From the NCBI GenBank assembly GCA_002269645.1, contig NIVC01000556.1, positions 1-64,000 of the forward strand: 64,000 bases of DNA, read 5' to 3'. This DNA comes from Macrostomum lignano. Its lineage: Eukaryota. A program made the position numbers and the translations under genes. The notes under the pieces are model-generated. The model saw only the letters and a list, made by a program, of their open reading frames with translations. It made no database searches and was not told the DNA's origin. Below, in pieces: positions 50,467 through 63,654 of this stretch. How positions within the stretch are numbered: position 1 is the stretch's first letter; every line of letters begins with the position of its first letter.

Positions 50467-52409
50467 GCGGGTTTTTTATTATTATCGACAGCTTGCTAAA
50501 AACTGCTTTTGTAATTAAGTTACTAAACTTTTTTTGCGTCCAAGTTATTCACTGATATGATTTAAATCCTAGCTATTTCGTGTTTTTTAGAATTTAGATT
50601 GCTTTTTTATCATGTAGCTGAGGGAAACAATGGCCAAAATACTAGTGTGTGTGACATGAGCGCGTGAACTGGCCATTGTTTAACAAATTGCTACCAACTA
50701 AATGTGTATTGTACCGGTATCTGTAATTTGCTCCGCACAGATAGACACAATAAAGATGTGAGAGTAGTCACGTGATGAAAAGTGTAAATGGGATAGGCGG
50801 GATAGCTATACATCAGGGAGCAACTGTGAAATATGAAAATAATTTATATTGTGTGTGGGTAAACATCTATTTACAGTGTGTTTATAGCTAATCATAATCT
50901 GTCGGAAAGGCTCTAAGCCACAGTGCGTTATTACGTGTATATTATGCTATATTTCCCATATTTTTATCCATTTTTATTGTCCTCACAGCGGTATTTTTTA
51001 ACTATACCTGCTTTCAGTATATAATATATACATACGAACGTGTCTGTGGTTTTTTTCATTTTTAGTCAATTTTTGTTTAAGGTTTTTCATCATTTTTTAT
51101 AACTAAAAAACTCGGCAACATTGAAAACCGTTAACTTAGACCCACGCCTTAGTGCCCCTGAGCCAGGGTTGGAAAACCTTGCGTCATTGCAGTGTAGTGA
51201 GCCGAAGTCAATCTCTCTGCCAATGCTCTTGGGTGGCGGTTTTTGATGTTGCTGAGTGTACGTTTTTCAACTTTTTTGACAGATTTTTTTCTACAAATTA
51301 GACTTTTCCTTACTTATTTATATACGAGCCTTTTAAAAGTCAAAAGTGCCAACCGCGCGTATTTCATGCTTAGTCAAAGAAGACAACTTCTCATTCAAAA
51401 TTCAACCCAATAAGTTACACACACATCAACGCCTCGAACTTTGAAAAGGGGGTGACAGTCAGTTACGAGTACAATAGATTATTACAGCATTTTATTTAAT
51501 TAATAGCGATTTTAAACTGTGCACAGATTTTTCAAGCAATGTCGACTCGCGTGGAGGGTGGCACTTCAGACTGTTGTTGGGTATACTTCTGCGCTAACTA
51601 CTGAAAATCTGAGTCTTCTGCTTAATTATCACCTACGCTTTAGTTGATATGATATTTACTAAAAAATTTTTTCTGAGATTGGAAGCCTGGAATGGGAACT
51701 ATTCGTTAACCGCACCAATTGCTAGGCCATTGAATATCTATTAGTGTTAACTAATTATTTAATTGAACATTTTTATTGCATCCGTCTCGTGCACCTATGA
51801 AATAAGACTGGTAATTGAAAAATACAGACATATAAAGTGACAAATTTCTTGCGTCTTTCCTTTTTCCACTCTCGAGAAAGAGTTTCGTTCAGTTTAAGTT
51901 CATTTTTACTAACTTTCAGACCGTATGTAGGACTGTAGGTCTTGTATGTTGTGTTGCTAAAAATAGTACAACTACTTATAGGCTAAAGGTCTATGTGGAA
52001 GCTTCTTGTGGATGCTGAATGTCCATTTTTAGATTTTAGCACAAAGTAACTAGCTACTTCTTAGTGTAATGAGAATTGTAAGAATGTATGCTTTTTAGCG
52101 ACAGCTTCTATTATTTGGCTGTCTTCTGGGGTTCTGAAAAACACAAAATAGTTCACCAAATGCAGTTTTTTAATGTCGGCTTTGCTTGATAAGCACTGAA
52201 CCGTATAATCGCCTTTGGCTAACTAAATTATTATGAATAGAAAATGTAATGAAGTCTACTAAATTTGATGTGTATTGAAGAAGTGATCCTTCTATATGGG
52301 CTTGGTATGGAGCACTTGTGAAAACATTATCCTTGTAATGATTGCAAGCATAAAATGTTCTTCCTATAAGGCATGAAAGTTATCAATAAGCCCGAGGATT
52401 TCTCATTAA

Positions 52410-52814
52410 CGCCCGCAAAGCATGGGTATTACTATTATTGTGCCATAAACATTTGTGTCCTTGACAAAGTGGGACAGAATCGGGCGTTAAATGTCATTAA
52501 CTGCCCGCTAATTTTCATTGTAACATGACCTTTGTGCCCGCTGGGCACTTATTCTTGCCTTTTAATGCCATAGACTACATTTAAGTCCGCTTACAGGAGT
52601 CACACTTACTTTAATGCAAATTAGCGGGCAGTTAATGACATTTAACGCCCGATTGTCTATTTCAAACTTACTTTAATGCAAATTAGCGGGCAGTTAATAT
52701 CATTCTTGCGTTTAACCTTGTTAATATCATTAACTGCCCGCTAATTTTGTCCCACTTTGTCAAGGACACAAATGTCTATGGCACAATAATAGTAATACCC
52801 ATGCTTTAAGGGCG
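52410..52814. mobile_element. TTAA-flanked foldback MITE (piggyBac/Kolobok-like target site)
   Basis: About 67-bp terminal inverted repeats (CGCCCGCAAAGCATGGGTATTACT...GGGACA, 3 mismatches) bounded by TTAA at 52406-52409 and 52815-52818. A further internal 37-bp inverted repeat is present. Confidence 0.75.
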
Positions 52815-53031
52815 TTAATGAAATCAGAGGGCGCCGTTAGGCAGTGCAGGGTGCAGGGTGAAGATGCTAATTTAATGTTTAGTTTTTAATTGACAATTTT
52901 ATATGCAAAATGCTAATCCTGCTACTAAAAAGAGTAGATCAGTGCAGTTGTTTGTAACAAAATTAATATTGTGTTTATTCTGAATTACAGTTAAACCGCT
53001 TAAACAGCCAGCTAAGCCGGTGCAGATCGTG

Positions 53032-56000
53032 ATGCGTTTAACTTTGCTAAGACTGAAGCAATTCTCCGATCATGTTGCTAAGGAATTTGTCAAATATGGC
53101 TCCTATTCGCCAACGCCAATGTCTATTAGTAAACTGCTGCACTTTGGTAAGATTTCTATTGTAGCTATTGTAGTTTTGATTTAGTTTTGTGTTTTAGTTA
53201 TAGTGTAGTTTTTATTTTACGTTCTTTTTTCAAATATTTTAGTTTATAGCCTGTCTTCTGTAATTATTGATTTATTGTTTCTTCAAGTCAATAACCATAA
53301 AATTGTAATTAGCAGTTTCAGCAATTATATATTTGATATATAGCACAGATACTTGAATAACTAGATGGGCCAGTCAGCACATTTGCGTATAAGCTACTTT
53401 CAGTTCAGTAGTGAGTTAATCAAAAGTATTTTAATATATTTTTAAAGCCAAGGCTCATTTATTGGCTTTTACCCACCAGTCTCAATCATCTAACCGCCCC
53501 TTTCCACACTACCCACCGCCCCGCCCAATTTTTATTGCCCTTCTCGGAATTCCAGCCTAAAGCTGCCATGTACATTTCAGTGGACTGACCAATGTACATT
53601 ATTGCTGAACCAATTAGCAAGTTGTTTACGCCTGCAAGCTTGTTGGGCTTTTGAAGTTATCAAAGTCATTTCAGCTGCCTTTATGTTTATAAAATAGCTT
53701 AAGTATTCTTTTTTGCTACTGAACTGAAAGTAGAAAGCTGTTTTACTACGCATATAAGCCTGAGTAGCCTATCTAGTTATTTTAGTATCTGTGGTATATA
53801 GCTAATTTCACATAATTACGAGAGGCTTTCCAAAAGTTCTGACTTTTCCCTATACCTACAGGTCGAAATCCGTCCCAGGAGAATTCATTCAAATTCCTTC
53901 GCCACGAGGTGCCAGTACGTTTAGCCAACATAATGCAAGAGATTCACCTACTGCCAGAGAGTCTGGTCACCATGCCGTCAACTAAAACAGTGATTGGTTT
54001 GTACAAGCAGAGCTTCCTTGATATGCTAGCTTTCAAGGACGAACCCAAGCGTCCTAGCGATGGACGTTTGACCGACTTCACTGAGACATTGGCTCAAATC
54101 CTTGAACGCCATCGGGAAGTTGTTGAGACCATGGCTCAAGGCGTATTAGAACTTAAAGAGCGAGAAGGCGACCTGGATACCCAGACGGAAGCTCAGGTGC
54201 AGTACTTCCTGGATCGATTCTATATGAGTCGAATTAGTATTCGAATGTTGATTAGTCAGCACGGTGAGTTACAGACAGATGTATTCTTTTATGCATTCAT
54301 CTGATGGGGTCCTTGTTACTAAGGGGGGGAGGGGTAGAAAAAATCCTGTTTCTGTGTCTGTTTTTTTCTTGTGAACACTATTTGAGGTAAATTCCGTTAC
54401 TATGGATGTACTAGGGAAATCCCCGTTGCTAAGGAGGTTAGGGAAATCCTCGTTGCTAAGGATGTTAGGAAAATCCCCGTTGCTAAGGATGTTAGGGAAA
54501 TCCGCGTTGCTAAGGATGTTAAGGAAATCACCGTTGCTATGGATGTACTAGGGAAATCCCCATTGCTGAGGATGTTAGGGAAATCCTCGTTGTTATGGAT
54601 GTTAGGGAAATCCCCGTTGCTATGGATGTACTAGAGAAATCCCCGTTACTATGAATGTACTAGGGAATCTTAGTTACTTTGGATGTACTAGGGAAATCCC
54701 CGTTTACTATGGATGTACTAGGGAAATCTCCGTTACTATGGATGTACTAGGGAAATCCCCATTGCTGTGGATGTACTAGGAAAATCCCGGTTACCAGGGA
54801 TGTACTAGGGAAATCCCGTTGCTATGGATGTACAAGGGAAATCCCTGTTGCTTTGGGTGTACTATGTAAATCCCCGTTACTATGGCTGTACTATGGAAAT
54901 CCCCGTTGCTATGTGATTGATCCACGGGAAGCTCGAAAGACGAAGCTAAGGGAACTATAACTATCGTTTGCTTAAATAATGCTAGATAAATCCCTGTTGC
55001 TATGGGACTTTGCAGTGATTTTATTCGGCCCGGATCTTCGCAACAACCGACAGATTGGCAGTATAGATCCTCACTGCGACATTATGGGCGTAATTGACCA
55101 CGCCTACAATAGTGCCAGATTCTTGTGCGAACAGTTCTACCTGACTGCGCCGTCCATGACTACTCAGGTCATTGGCCTGGACAAGACCACCGAGTTTGCC
55201 TACGTGCCATCGCATCTCTATCATATGCTGTTCGAAATTATTAAAAATTCTATGCGAGCCTTGGTTGAAAAGAATGAGGATAACATGCCGCCTATTCACG
55301 TTATGATCTGCGTTGGTAAAGAGGATTTGACTATTCGGGTGAGTCGGTTCGTTAAGACTATTTGAAACAAGCACCAACATCTGTGACAGACACGACTAAC
55401 TCATACAGACAGCTTCTTGAAAGAAAGAGAAAATAAAACTAGCTGGTATAAATAGACACTATTGGATCGTTTAAAATGTGCCGTTTTAACAAAGTCTGTT
55501 TAAAATGGACTGTTTTAAAATTTCTGTTCGAAATGGGCCGTTTTAACAATGTCTGTTCAAAATGGGCCGTTTTAAACAATAGATGTTCAGAATGGGCTGT
55601 TTTAAACAATAGATGTTCGAAATGGGCCGTTTTAAACAATAAATGTTCGAAATGGGCTGTTTTAAACAATAGATGTTCAAAATGGGCCGTTTTAAACAAT
55701 AGATGTTCAAAATGGGCTGTTTTAAACAATAGATGTTCAAAATGGGCCGTTTTAAACAATAGATGTTCGAAATGGGCCGTTTTAACAATGTCTCTTTGAA
55801 ATGGGCCGTTTTTAACAATGTCTGTTCAAAATGGGCCGTTTTTAACAATAGATGTTCAAATGGGCCGTTTTAACAATGTCTGTTTGAAAAGGGCCTACAT
55901 GTAGGCCCTTTTGCACTGCCACATTTGCACTGCCATAGGCCTGTGCCCTTCGCAACTGCAAACCCTTGCTCACCCGGCCGCTTCAGGTGTCGGACCAAGG

Positions 56001-56337
56001 CGGCGGTATCGCCCGTTCCGAGCTGCCGCTAGTGTTCAAATACACGTACACCACCGCTTCGCCCGTGAGTCCGTCGTCGTCTACTGGGCCGCCTCTAGCT
56101 GGGTACGGCTACGGCCTGCCGCTATCGCGCATCTACGCCCGCTATTTGCACGGCGAACTAGCCCTAGCCAGCGTTGAAGGCTACGGCACAGATGCTTATA
56201 TCTATTTAAAGAAATCTAGCGACGAGGCTAACGAACTATTGCCAGTGTTTAATATCACATCGGCTAAACGATATACAGCAAATCTGCCAGTGCCAGACTG
56301 GAGTAATCCATCGCTGAGCAGTCAGTTTCGTTTGTGA
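53032..56337 (+). CDS. PDK: Mitochondrial pyruvate dehydrogenase kinase, 396 aa; exons 53032-53146, 53862-54263, 55016-55338, 55987-56337
   Basis: Motifs YSPTPMSISKLLHFG, FLRHEVPVRLANIMQEI, FLDRFYMSRISIRMLISQH, IGSIDPHC, HLYHMLFEIIKNSMRA, SDQGGG, PLAGYGYGLPLSRIYARY. All three GT-AG introns splice in frame (phases 1, 1, 0). Confidence 0.96.
53357..53782. mobile_element. Possible old MITE in PDK intron 1
   Basis: Inverted pairs AATAACTAGATGGG/CCTATCTAGTTATT and a perfect 18-bp CTACTTTCAGTTCAGTAG (53394-53411) / CTACTGAACTGAAAGTAG (53716-53733). Confidence 0.5.
54395..54915. repeat. ~27-29-bp minisatellite (GGATGTACTAGGGAAATCCCCGTTGCTAT) in PDK intron 2
   Basis: Tandem degenerate copies. Confidence 0.92.
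55470..55890. repeat. ~30-bp minisatellite (AAATGGGCCGTTTTAAACAATAGATGTTC) in PDK intron 3
   Basis: Tandem copies. Confidence 0.92.
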
Positions 56338-56574
56338 AGCTGAAATAGTGTACTTTGTTCGACTAGTGAAACTTTTAGTAGTATATAGGTAACTACTTAG
56401 CAACTAAGAGTATTTGATGGATGTCTTTTGCTTCTTTAAATAATAAAATAGAGACTTTGCTTTATGTCCATTTTTTGTTTCGATATTAGTAATATACCGG
56501 TTGAAAGCGCATTCAATGACGTGTGAACGAGTCGCTTAAAATACATTAAAAGGGGCGTTTGAAAACGGAGCTTA

Positions 56575-56995
56575 AAGTTAAAAAGGGCCGTTTTGTAGTA
56601 GACTGTTCAAAAAGGGCCGTTTTCTGGTGTAGACTGTTCAAAAAGTGCCGTTTTGTGGTAGATTGTTCAAAAAGGGCCGTTTTCTGGTGTAGACTGTTCA
56701 AAAACGGCCGTTTTCTGGTGTAGACTGTTCAAAAAGGGCCGTTTTTTGGTAGACTGTTCAAAAAGGGCCGTTTTTTGGTAGACTGTTCAAAAAGGGCCAT
56801 TTTGTGGTAGACTGTTCAAAAAGGGCCATTTTGTGGTAGACTGTTTAAAAGGGGCCGTGTTGTGGTAGACTGTTCAAAAAGGGCCGTTTTATGGTAGACT
56901 GTTTAAAAAAGGGCCGTATTATAGTGTAGACTGTTCAAAAGGGGCCGTTTTGTGGTGTAGACTATTCAACGGACTGTTTGAACCGGGCCGTTTTA
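56575..56995. repeat. ~28-30-bp minisatellite (AAAAGGGCCGTTTTGTGGTAGACTGTTC) downstream of PDK, related to the intron 3 array
   Basis: Shares the core GGGCCGTTTT...TGTTCAAAA with 55470-55890, in the same orientation. Confidence 0.9.
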
Positions 56996-58469
56996 AAACA
57001 TAAAACTCTATGAATAAACTCAAGATAGTAAATAAGTGTTTGAAAAAAAAATTGCTGCATCAACTTCAACTATACTATAGTTATAAATGAATATTGAATT
57101 ATATTTTTGTGACGCTTGTCAATTTTTGCCGTTAACGTTTGATGTGTTTTCTGAATTTTTGCTTCCTTTAACAAACCCTATAACTTTGTCTTTTCAACCG
57201 TATCAGTTGGTTATTTATAATTATAATTTATGCCGCAAACGTACACCATTATTCTGTGCGTCTCAGTTCAGATTTGTTATTGTCTGCTCTATTTAGTTAA
57301 AAATGAAGTTTATTTTCAAATGATTAAGTAGACAAAATATAATCTTTATCTCTAATCAAGTAAAAAAACACCATAAAAATGGAGTAAAGCCTTTAACACT
57401 TGAAAATATGAAGAAAAAAATTCTAAAAATATGTACCTAACTAAATTTTAAATTTCAGTATCTATGCATTGTTTGTAAATGTAGCTTATAATTAGTGAAT
57501 TTCTAGTGAAATAGTATAATATAATTTCAGCAATTTTGAGAATATTTTTCATCGCTCATACTTTAGTAAATACCTGTGATCATGCTAAAGCATAGTCAAA
57601 AGCATTAATAAATAATAGTATAGTTTCTCATTGCTCGAAGTTTCCTATAGGGTTTTTTTGTTTAACTTCTCTCCATCTCTCTTGGTCAATTAAAATGCTA
57701 GAAAAAGCAGTGAAAAATACTTATATATTCAGTAGTAGAAGCATTTAGCACAGGTAATTCTTTCTCAAGGACTAAGTTATTAATAGATTGACCTCCAAAT
57801 GAGATACAAACCAAAACATTAGCTAATTATATGGCTAATGTACATCGGTTAGGGTAAGGAGTGAGAGATTTTGTGCAATCAACCTATAGGAAGCCGTGCG
57901 GTGAAAGACAAGATAAGATAAAGAAGTTAATTAGCCAATTTAGTTTATCGTATATCATCATTGAAACCCGTCGCTTCTTTATTTAGTACTTAGCTAAGTA
58001 GCTTTGCTGGTGTATCGCCAGCAGTCACTCGATCGCTTGGCAGGCTCAAAATTAACCAGATAGATATAAGATAAGACTTTCTCTCGATTCAATGCATATT
58101 TTTCATGCGTGAGATTTTTTGTTTGCGTGCTACTTTACTGTACTAGTAGTATTATTGGCGAATACAAACTCAATCGCTCTGGTTTAAGCCCCGTGCTTGC
58201 AGCGAACGCCTGTACACTCTGCTCTTCTCTGCTTTTCGAATGCTCCCAAATCATTGCTGCAGCGCTATTGTTTGTTTGATAATAAGCAAAACTGCAAAGC
58301 ACCACAAACTGTCCGTGTGACTGCGCTACTTGTTTAGTCTTGTCTTTTTTAAATGATAATAATGCCAATGGCAGAGTTTTCGTTCGATTCTGTTAAACTG
58401 TTTTTCTCTTGTGTTCTGTTTGTTTTGTATGTGTATAAGCTGAAATCAGCAAGGTGGTTCTGCATCCTT

Positions 58470-59400
58470 AGTTCCTGGGCCAGCCTCCCAGATCCTCAGC
58501 AGTTGCAGGGCCAGCCTCCAAGATCCTCAGCTGCTGGGCCAGCCTCCCAGATCCTCAGTTGCTGGGCCAGCCTCCCAGATCCGCAGTTGCTGGGGCAGCC
58601 TCCCAGATCCTCAGTTGCTGGGCCAGCCTCCCAGATCCGCAGTTGCTGGGCCAGCCTCCCAGATCCTCAGTTGCTGAGCCAGCCTCCCAGATCCTCAGTT
58701 GCTAGGCCAGCCTCCCAGAGTGTCAGTTGCTGGGCCAGCCTCCCAGATCCTCAGTTGCTGGGCCAGCCTCCCAGAGTGTCAGTTGCTGGGCCAGCCTCCC
58801 AGATCCTCAGTTGCTAGGCCAGCCTCCCAGAGTGTCAGTTGCTAGGCCAGCCTCCCAGAGTGTCAGTTGCTAGGCCAGCCTCCCAGATCCTCTGTTGCTG
58901 GGCCAGCCTCCCAGATCCTCAGTTGCTGGACCAGCCTCCCAGATCCTCAGTTGCTGGGCCAGCCTCCCAGATCCTCAGTTGCTGGACCAGCCTCCCAGAT
59001 CCTCAGTTGCTGGGCCAGCCTCCCAGATCCTCAGTTGCTGGACCAGCCTCCCAGATCCTCAGTTGCTGGGCCAGCCTCCCAGATCCTCAGTTGCTGGACC
59101 AGCCTCCCAGATCCTCAGTTGCTGGGCCAGCCTCCCAGATCCTCAGTTGCTGGGCCAGCCTCCCAGATCCTCAGTTGCTAGGCCAGTCTCCCAGAGTGTC
59201 AGTTGCTGGGCCAGCCTCCCAGATCCTCAGTTGCTGGGCCAGCCTCCCCGATCCTCAGTTGCTGGGCCAGCCTTCCAGATCCTCAGTTGCTAGGCCAGCC
59301 TCCCAGAGTGTCAGTTGCTGGGCCAGCCTCCCAGATCCTCAGTTGCTGAGCCAGCCTCCCAGATCCTCAGTTGCTGGGCCAGCCTCCCAGAATTTCAGTT
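58470..59400. repeat. 28-bp GC-rich minisatellite (CTGGGCCAGCCTCCCAGATCCTCAGTTG)
   Basis: About 33 tandem copies. Confidence 0.96.
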
Positions 59401-59648
59401 GCTGGCCCACTAGCCACCCTCAAGTCGGTAGTCAAATTGCAGTTGTGGGGAATAAAAAAACTTTCTGAATACCACAAGATGCTACTGTTTAAAAAACTTT
59501 GGCACACTAATTTCGCCATCTCATGAGTCTGACCCGACAACGCCATTATCAGGCCTCCGTTTGATCTCGCCGCCACTAGCTGGCGCCGAATATTCTTCAG
59601 TCAGAGTAAACGAAATAAAAAAGCAGACAACACCAGCAAACAGACGGC

Positions 59649-62600
59649 ATGGTCGATCAGAACATCCTGCTCGCCTTTGACCCGCTGTACCGCGGCGGCG
59701 GTGGCAGCGGCGGCAGCGACAGTCCCACCGCCGACGACATTTTCGACATCAAATTCCTTGAGGTGGCCGCGACGCCGGCGCATCTAGGCCGGTCCGTGTC
59801 GACTCCGACTCCGCCAGTAGTGCAGGGCCTGCCTTCTCTGCCGCCGCCGCCGCCACCGCCGCCGCCTCCGCTGCCAACCTCTACTTCTACTAGTAGTAGT
59901 AACAGCAGCAGCGGTAGTGGCACGAATTTGAATTCAAATTCATTTTCAAGTAACGCCGCTGCCGGCGGCCGACGCACGTCGGCTCCTGTGCCTGATAATA
60001 GTGCGGCGCCAAGTTCTCGGAGATCAGTATCGCCCAGGCTGCCTGTTGTCAGTGCGGCCTCCGCTTCAGTGTCGGACTCTATTGACACCACTGTAGCAGC
60101 GACTTATTCGACTAAGGAATCTCGAGTGCCGCTTCTTAAACCGCCTCAACAGCGGCAGGAGAACCGTTCGAATTCTTGTTCGCCAAATCCGTCCTCTGTG
60201 CAGCCAACTGGAGCAGCAACTCTGTGTTCAGAAGGCGGCGAGTCTGGAACTGGCGGCTCAATGGACGATAGTGTGGTGAGTCTTCTTGCTTTATTATTAT
60301 ATAGTTCTATTTGTACTTATATCCATTTTTATTAAACCGCGCGCATCTGAAGCTGCGTACGGCTGTTCAGTCCAAGGACTGGGGAGTCGCCACACACACC
60401 CTCAACTGCCCCAGCTAATGCTGGCACCCATTTTACAGCTGGGTGAACTGAAGCAATGCAGAGTTAAGTGTCTTGGTCAAAGACACAAATTGTTCCGAGT
60501 GGGATCGGGAATCGAACCCCTGACCTTTCAGTCGTGAGTTCCACGCTCTAAACAGTAAGGCTACATCTCAAGAAAATCGTCCTTCTGGCTTGTCGTTACG
60601 ATGGGCAAACCCTGAAGACACGTACCCGGTAGTGTGTCTGTCTGACAAGTGGGAAAGAGAGTGTGTCTTGAACAGGCTAACCTGAAGACACGTACCCGGT
60701 AGTGTGTCTGTCTGACAAGTGGGAAAGAGAGTGTGTCTTGAACAGGCTAACCTGAAGACACGTACCCGGTAGTGTGTCTGTCTGACAAGTGGGAAAGAGA
60801 GTGTGTCTTGAACAGGCTAACCTGAAGACACGTACCCGGTAGTGTGTCTGTCTGACAAGTGGGAAAGAGAGTGTGTCTTGAACAGGCTAACCTGAAGACA
60901 CGTACCCGGTAGTGTGTCTGTCTGACAAGTGGGAAAGAGAGTGTGTCTTGAACAGGCTAACCTGAAGACACGTACCCGGTAGTGTGTCTGTCTGACAAGT
61001 GGGAAAGAGAGTGTGTCTTGAACAGGCTAACCTGAACCTGGAATCTCGGCTTGGCTCTGCTCGTGCAATTAACACCCTTGAAGGCCAACCCCCAAGGCAC
61101 AGTGAAGTGTACATGTCTAACGATAGATAAAGTTAGGGCCGCTGTACACTCCTGTGTGAGTGTGTGCCTGTGCGTATGACTGCGTACGTATCCGTAATGC
61201 AGTAATGCCTCTCGCCGGTTGTGCGACAATGTCGCTTAAAGTGCGCCAGAGTGCACAGCCCCCTGCCTCTAATGAAAAAATAAAAAACTCAATCAGTGGC
61301 ACCAATTTCATCGGGAGAGTTGCAGCTTCGAACCGCCCGCTTGATTGGCTTTATTTGTCTATGGCCGAGGCCACAGTTCTTTTTTCATTTTTCTCCATCT
61401 TCATGCATGCTATGCTACTGATTAACTTTTACCTAGTAGCAGCGCAGGATTTTATTTTAGGTATAATTGTTCTAGCTAGCCGCATGTAAACTGCTATGGA
61501 TTAAATAAATTTCCATTTTTGAGCAGGGCCATCTGCATCAATGCCGGATTGACAGGGTAATTTGAAAGAAAATTTGAATTGCTTTTTTCAAATTAATGAT
61601 CAACGTTGTGTTGAAATTTTTGGCTATTTGCTTTCGTGGTACCTACGAGCTACCTGCCCACACCGCAGTATTGCTAAATCGATATTTATTGTCTTGTACA
61701 CACTCTTGTCCCAATTTGACTTTGATTTTGTTTTATATAGAAATTTCGATTGAAACTTATACGGCTTTTTGTCAGTAGGTTTTTATGCAAATTTTTGGCG
61801 GTGGTATTAATTCCCTACTACACACTTTGTTACTGATAAGCTTAATTACTGGCACCCCTGTTCTATCACTCTGATTATAACACTCGGCCCTGATTTTTTA
61901 GTTCCATTATGCAGTTGTTCATATGGTATTAACTATTCTAGTCACACAGTTAGTCACTCTTCTACCGTTAGTCCCACAGTCACTTATTGTCACAAAGGTA
62001 GACACATTTCCATTCACACAGGTAGTCACTCTTCTAGTCACACAGGTAGTCACTCTTCTAGTCACACAGGTAGTTACTCTTCTAGTCACACAGGTAGTCA
62101 CTTCTAGTCACACAGGTAGTCACTCTTCTAGTCACACAGGTAGTCACTCTTCTAGTCACTCAGGTAGTCACTCTTCTAGTCACACAGGTAGTCACTTCTA
62201 GTCACACAGGTAGTCACTCTTCTAGTCACACAGGTAGTCACTCTTCTAGTCACACAGGTAGTCACTCTTCTAGTCACACAGCTAGTCACTCTTCTAGTCA
62301 CACAGGTAGTCGCTCTTCTAGTCACACAGGTAGTTACTCTTCTAGTCACACAGCTAGTCACTCTTCACGCCGCCATTAGACGCAATCCCATTTTAGACGT
62401 GATTGCACACGGCTTGCACAAATATTTTCGCGTCTGTCTTGTGTGACTTCAAAATTATTCAAAAATAAAAGCTTACTAATTGATAAATGAAATATTCATA
62501 TACTTATTTATGCTCAGGGTCTTCGAAGTCCGCGGCCGGGTTTCCAATCCGATTCTCAGTTGCGGAACGCCGTATTGCTAACCGAATCGAATATTCGAGT

Positions 62601-63635
62601 AGTACCCTGCACCCCAGACCCGGAGCTGTACCTGTTCTCCGAAGAGATACAGCGGATTCAACGAAACGAATGCCAGCCTAGAGACCCCGCGAATCCAGCG
62701 GCCTCGTCACGGCCGGGCGGCGGCGGCGGCGGACACTTTGTCAATTCTTGCGACAATATTGGCTGCATATTTAATCACGTTAATCCTAGCGGTGTTGTAT
62801 TTGTCACGGAGGTGCCCGTCACACTGCACTTTGCCGGAATTAGCTTTGATACAACTTGGAGTCGTAAGTTTCTACTTATTAGTATTATAGTAGGGTTTTT
62901 ATACCCATTTTTAACGAGTTATAGTTCCATTCTAGTATCAAGATAAACTTGGTTAACTGCTTGATTCTAAGAATATCGATATCGATACACTTGGTTAACT
63001 GCTTGATTCTAAGAATATCGATATCGATACACTTGGTTAACTTGCTGATTCTAAGAATATCGATATCTATACACTTGGTTAACTTGCTGATTCTAAGAAT
63101 ATCGATATCGATACACTTGGTTAACTTGCTGATTCTAAGAATATCGATATCTATACACTTGGTTAACTTGCTGATTCTAAGAATATCGATATCGATACAA
63201 TTGGTTAACTTGCTAATTCTAAGAATATCGATATCGATACACTTGGTTAACTTGCTTATTCTCAGAATATCGATATCGATACACTTGGTTAACTTGCTTA
63301 TTCTCAGAATATCGATATCGATACACTTGTTAAACAGAGTGATTTTAAGAAATCGATATCTATATACTTGGTTAACTGGTTGATTCTAAGATACAAAGTA
63401 CATAATGATTAATTCATTTAATCATTGTTTACAAAATTTTATTGTCAAAGACGGAAAAGAAACATTAAATTTGTTTTCGGATTTCCTCAGTATCCAGCAA
63501 AGTTGAGGATGTCATGTTCAGCTTGCTATTCGACTCTGCACTCTCCGATCGCATAGCTAGTTTGTACGGCGAGCGGCAAATGGATGTCAATCAGTTCTTG
63601 TTGAGAATCTGCGGTCGCGACGAATATTTGAGACC
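59649..63635 (+). CDS. PIK3C2: Class II phosphoinositide 3-kinase, 5' part; exons 59649-60275, 62518-62863, 63491-63635 (gene continues beyond the window)
   Basis: Disordered Pro/Ser-rich N-terminus with LLAFDPL, then PDPELYLFSEEIQRI...NIGCIF. The Ras-binding domain follows: FDTTWS-L-SSKVEDVMFSLL...NQFLLRICGRDEYL. Splice phases 0 and 1 are consistent, and each donor is GTGAGT or GTAAGT. Confidence 0.8.
60336..60566 (-). mobile_element. tRNA-derived SINE, copy 2 (in PI3K intron 1)
   Basis: Reverse-complement match to 7864-8098, with a better B box (GGGTTCGATTCCCG). Confidence 0.82.
60611..61035. repeat. 70-bp minisatellite, 6 near-perfect copies
   Basis: CCTGAAGACACGTACCCGG... recurs every 70 nt. 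Confidence 0.97.
61935..62365. repeat. 24-bp minisatellite (CACACAGGTAGTCACTCTTCTAGT)
   Basis: Tandem copies. Confidence 0.95.
62949..63390. repeat. 42-bp minisatellite (CTTGGTTAACTTGCTGATTCTAAGAATATCGATATCGATACA) in PI3K intron 2
   Basis: About 10 copies. Confidence 0.95.
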
Positions 63636-63654
63636 GTGAGTTCGATTGTCTAAT

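Noticed and set aside
58353-59468. WASLPDPQLLGQPPRSS repeat ORFs
   Set aside because: Translations of the 28-bp minisatellite in shifting frames.
43693-59649. Operon / SL trans-splicing idea for co-oriented TAF9, orphan gene, PDK and PI3K (acceptor-like AG just before several ATGs)
   Set aside because: TAF9 has a plausible cis donor (43476), intergenic gaps are kilobases long, and no SL RNA is visible. The sequence alone cannot support it.
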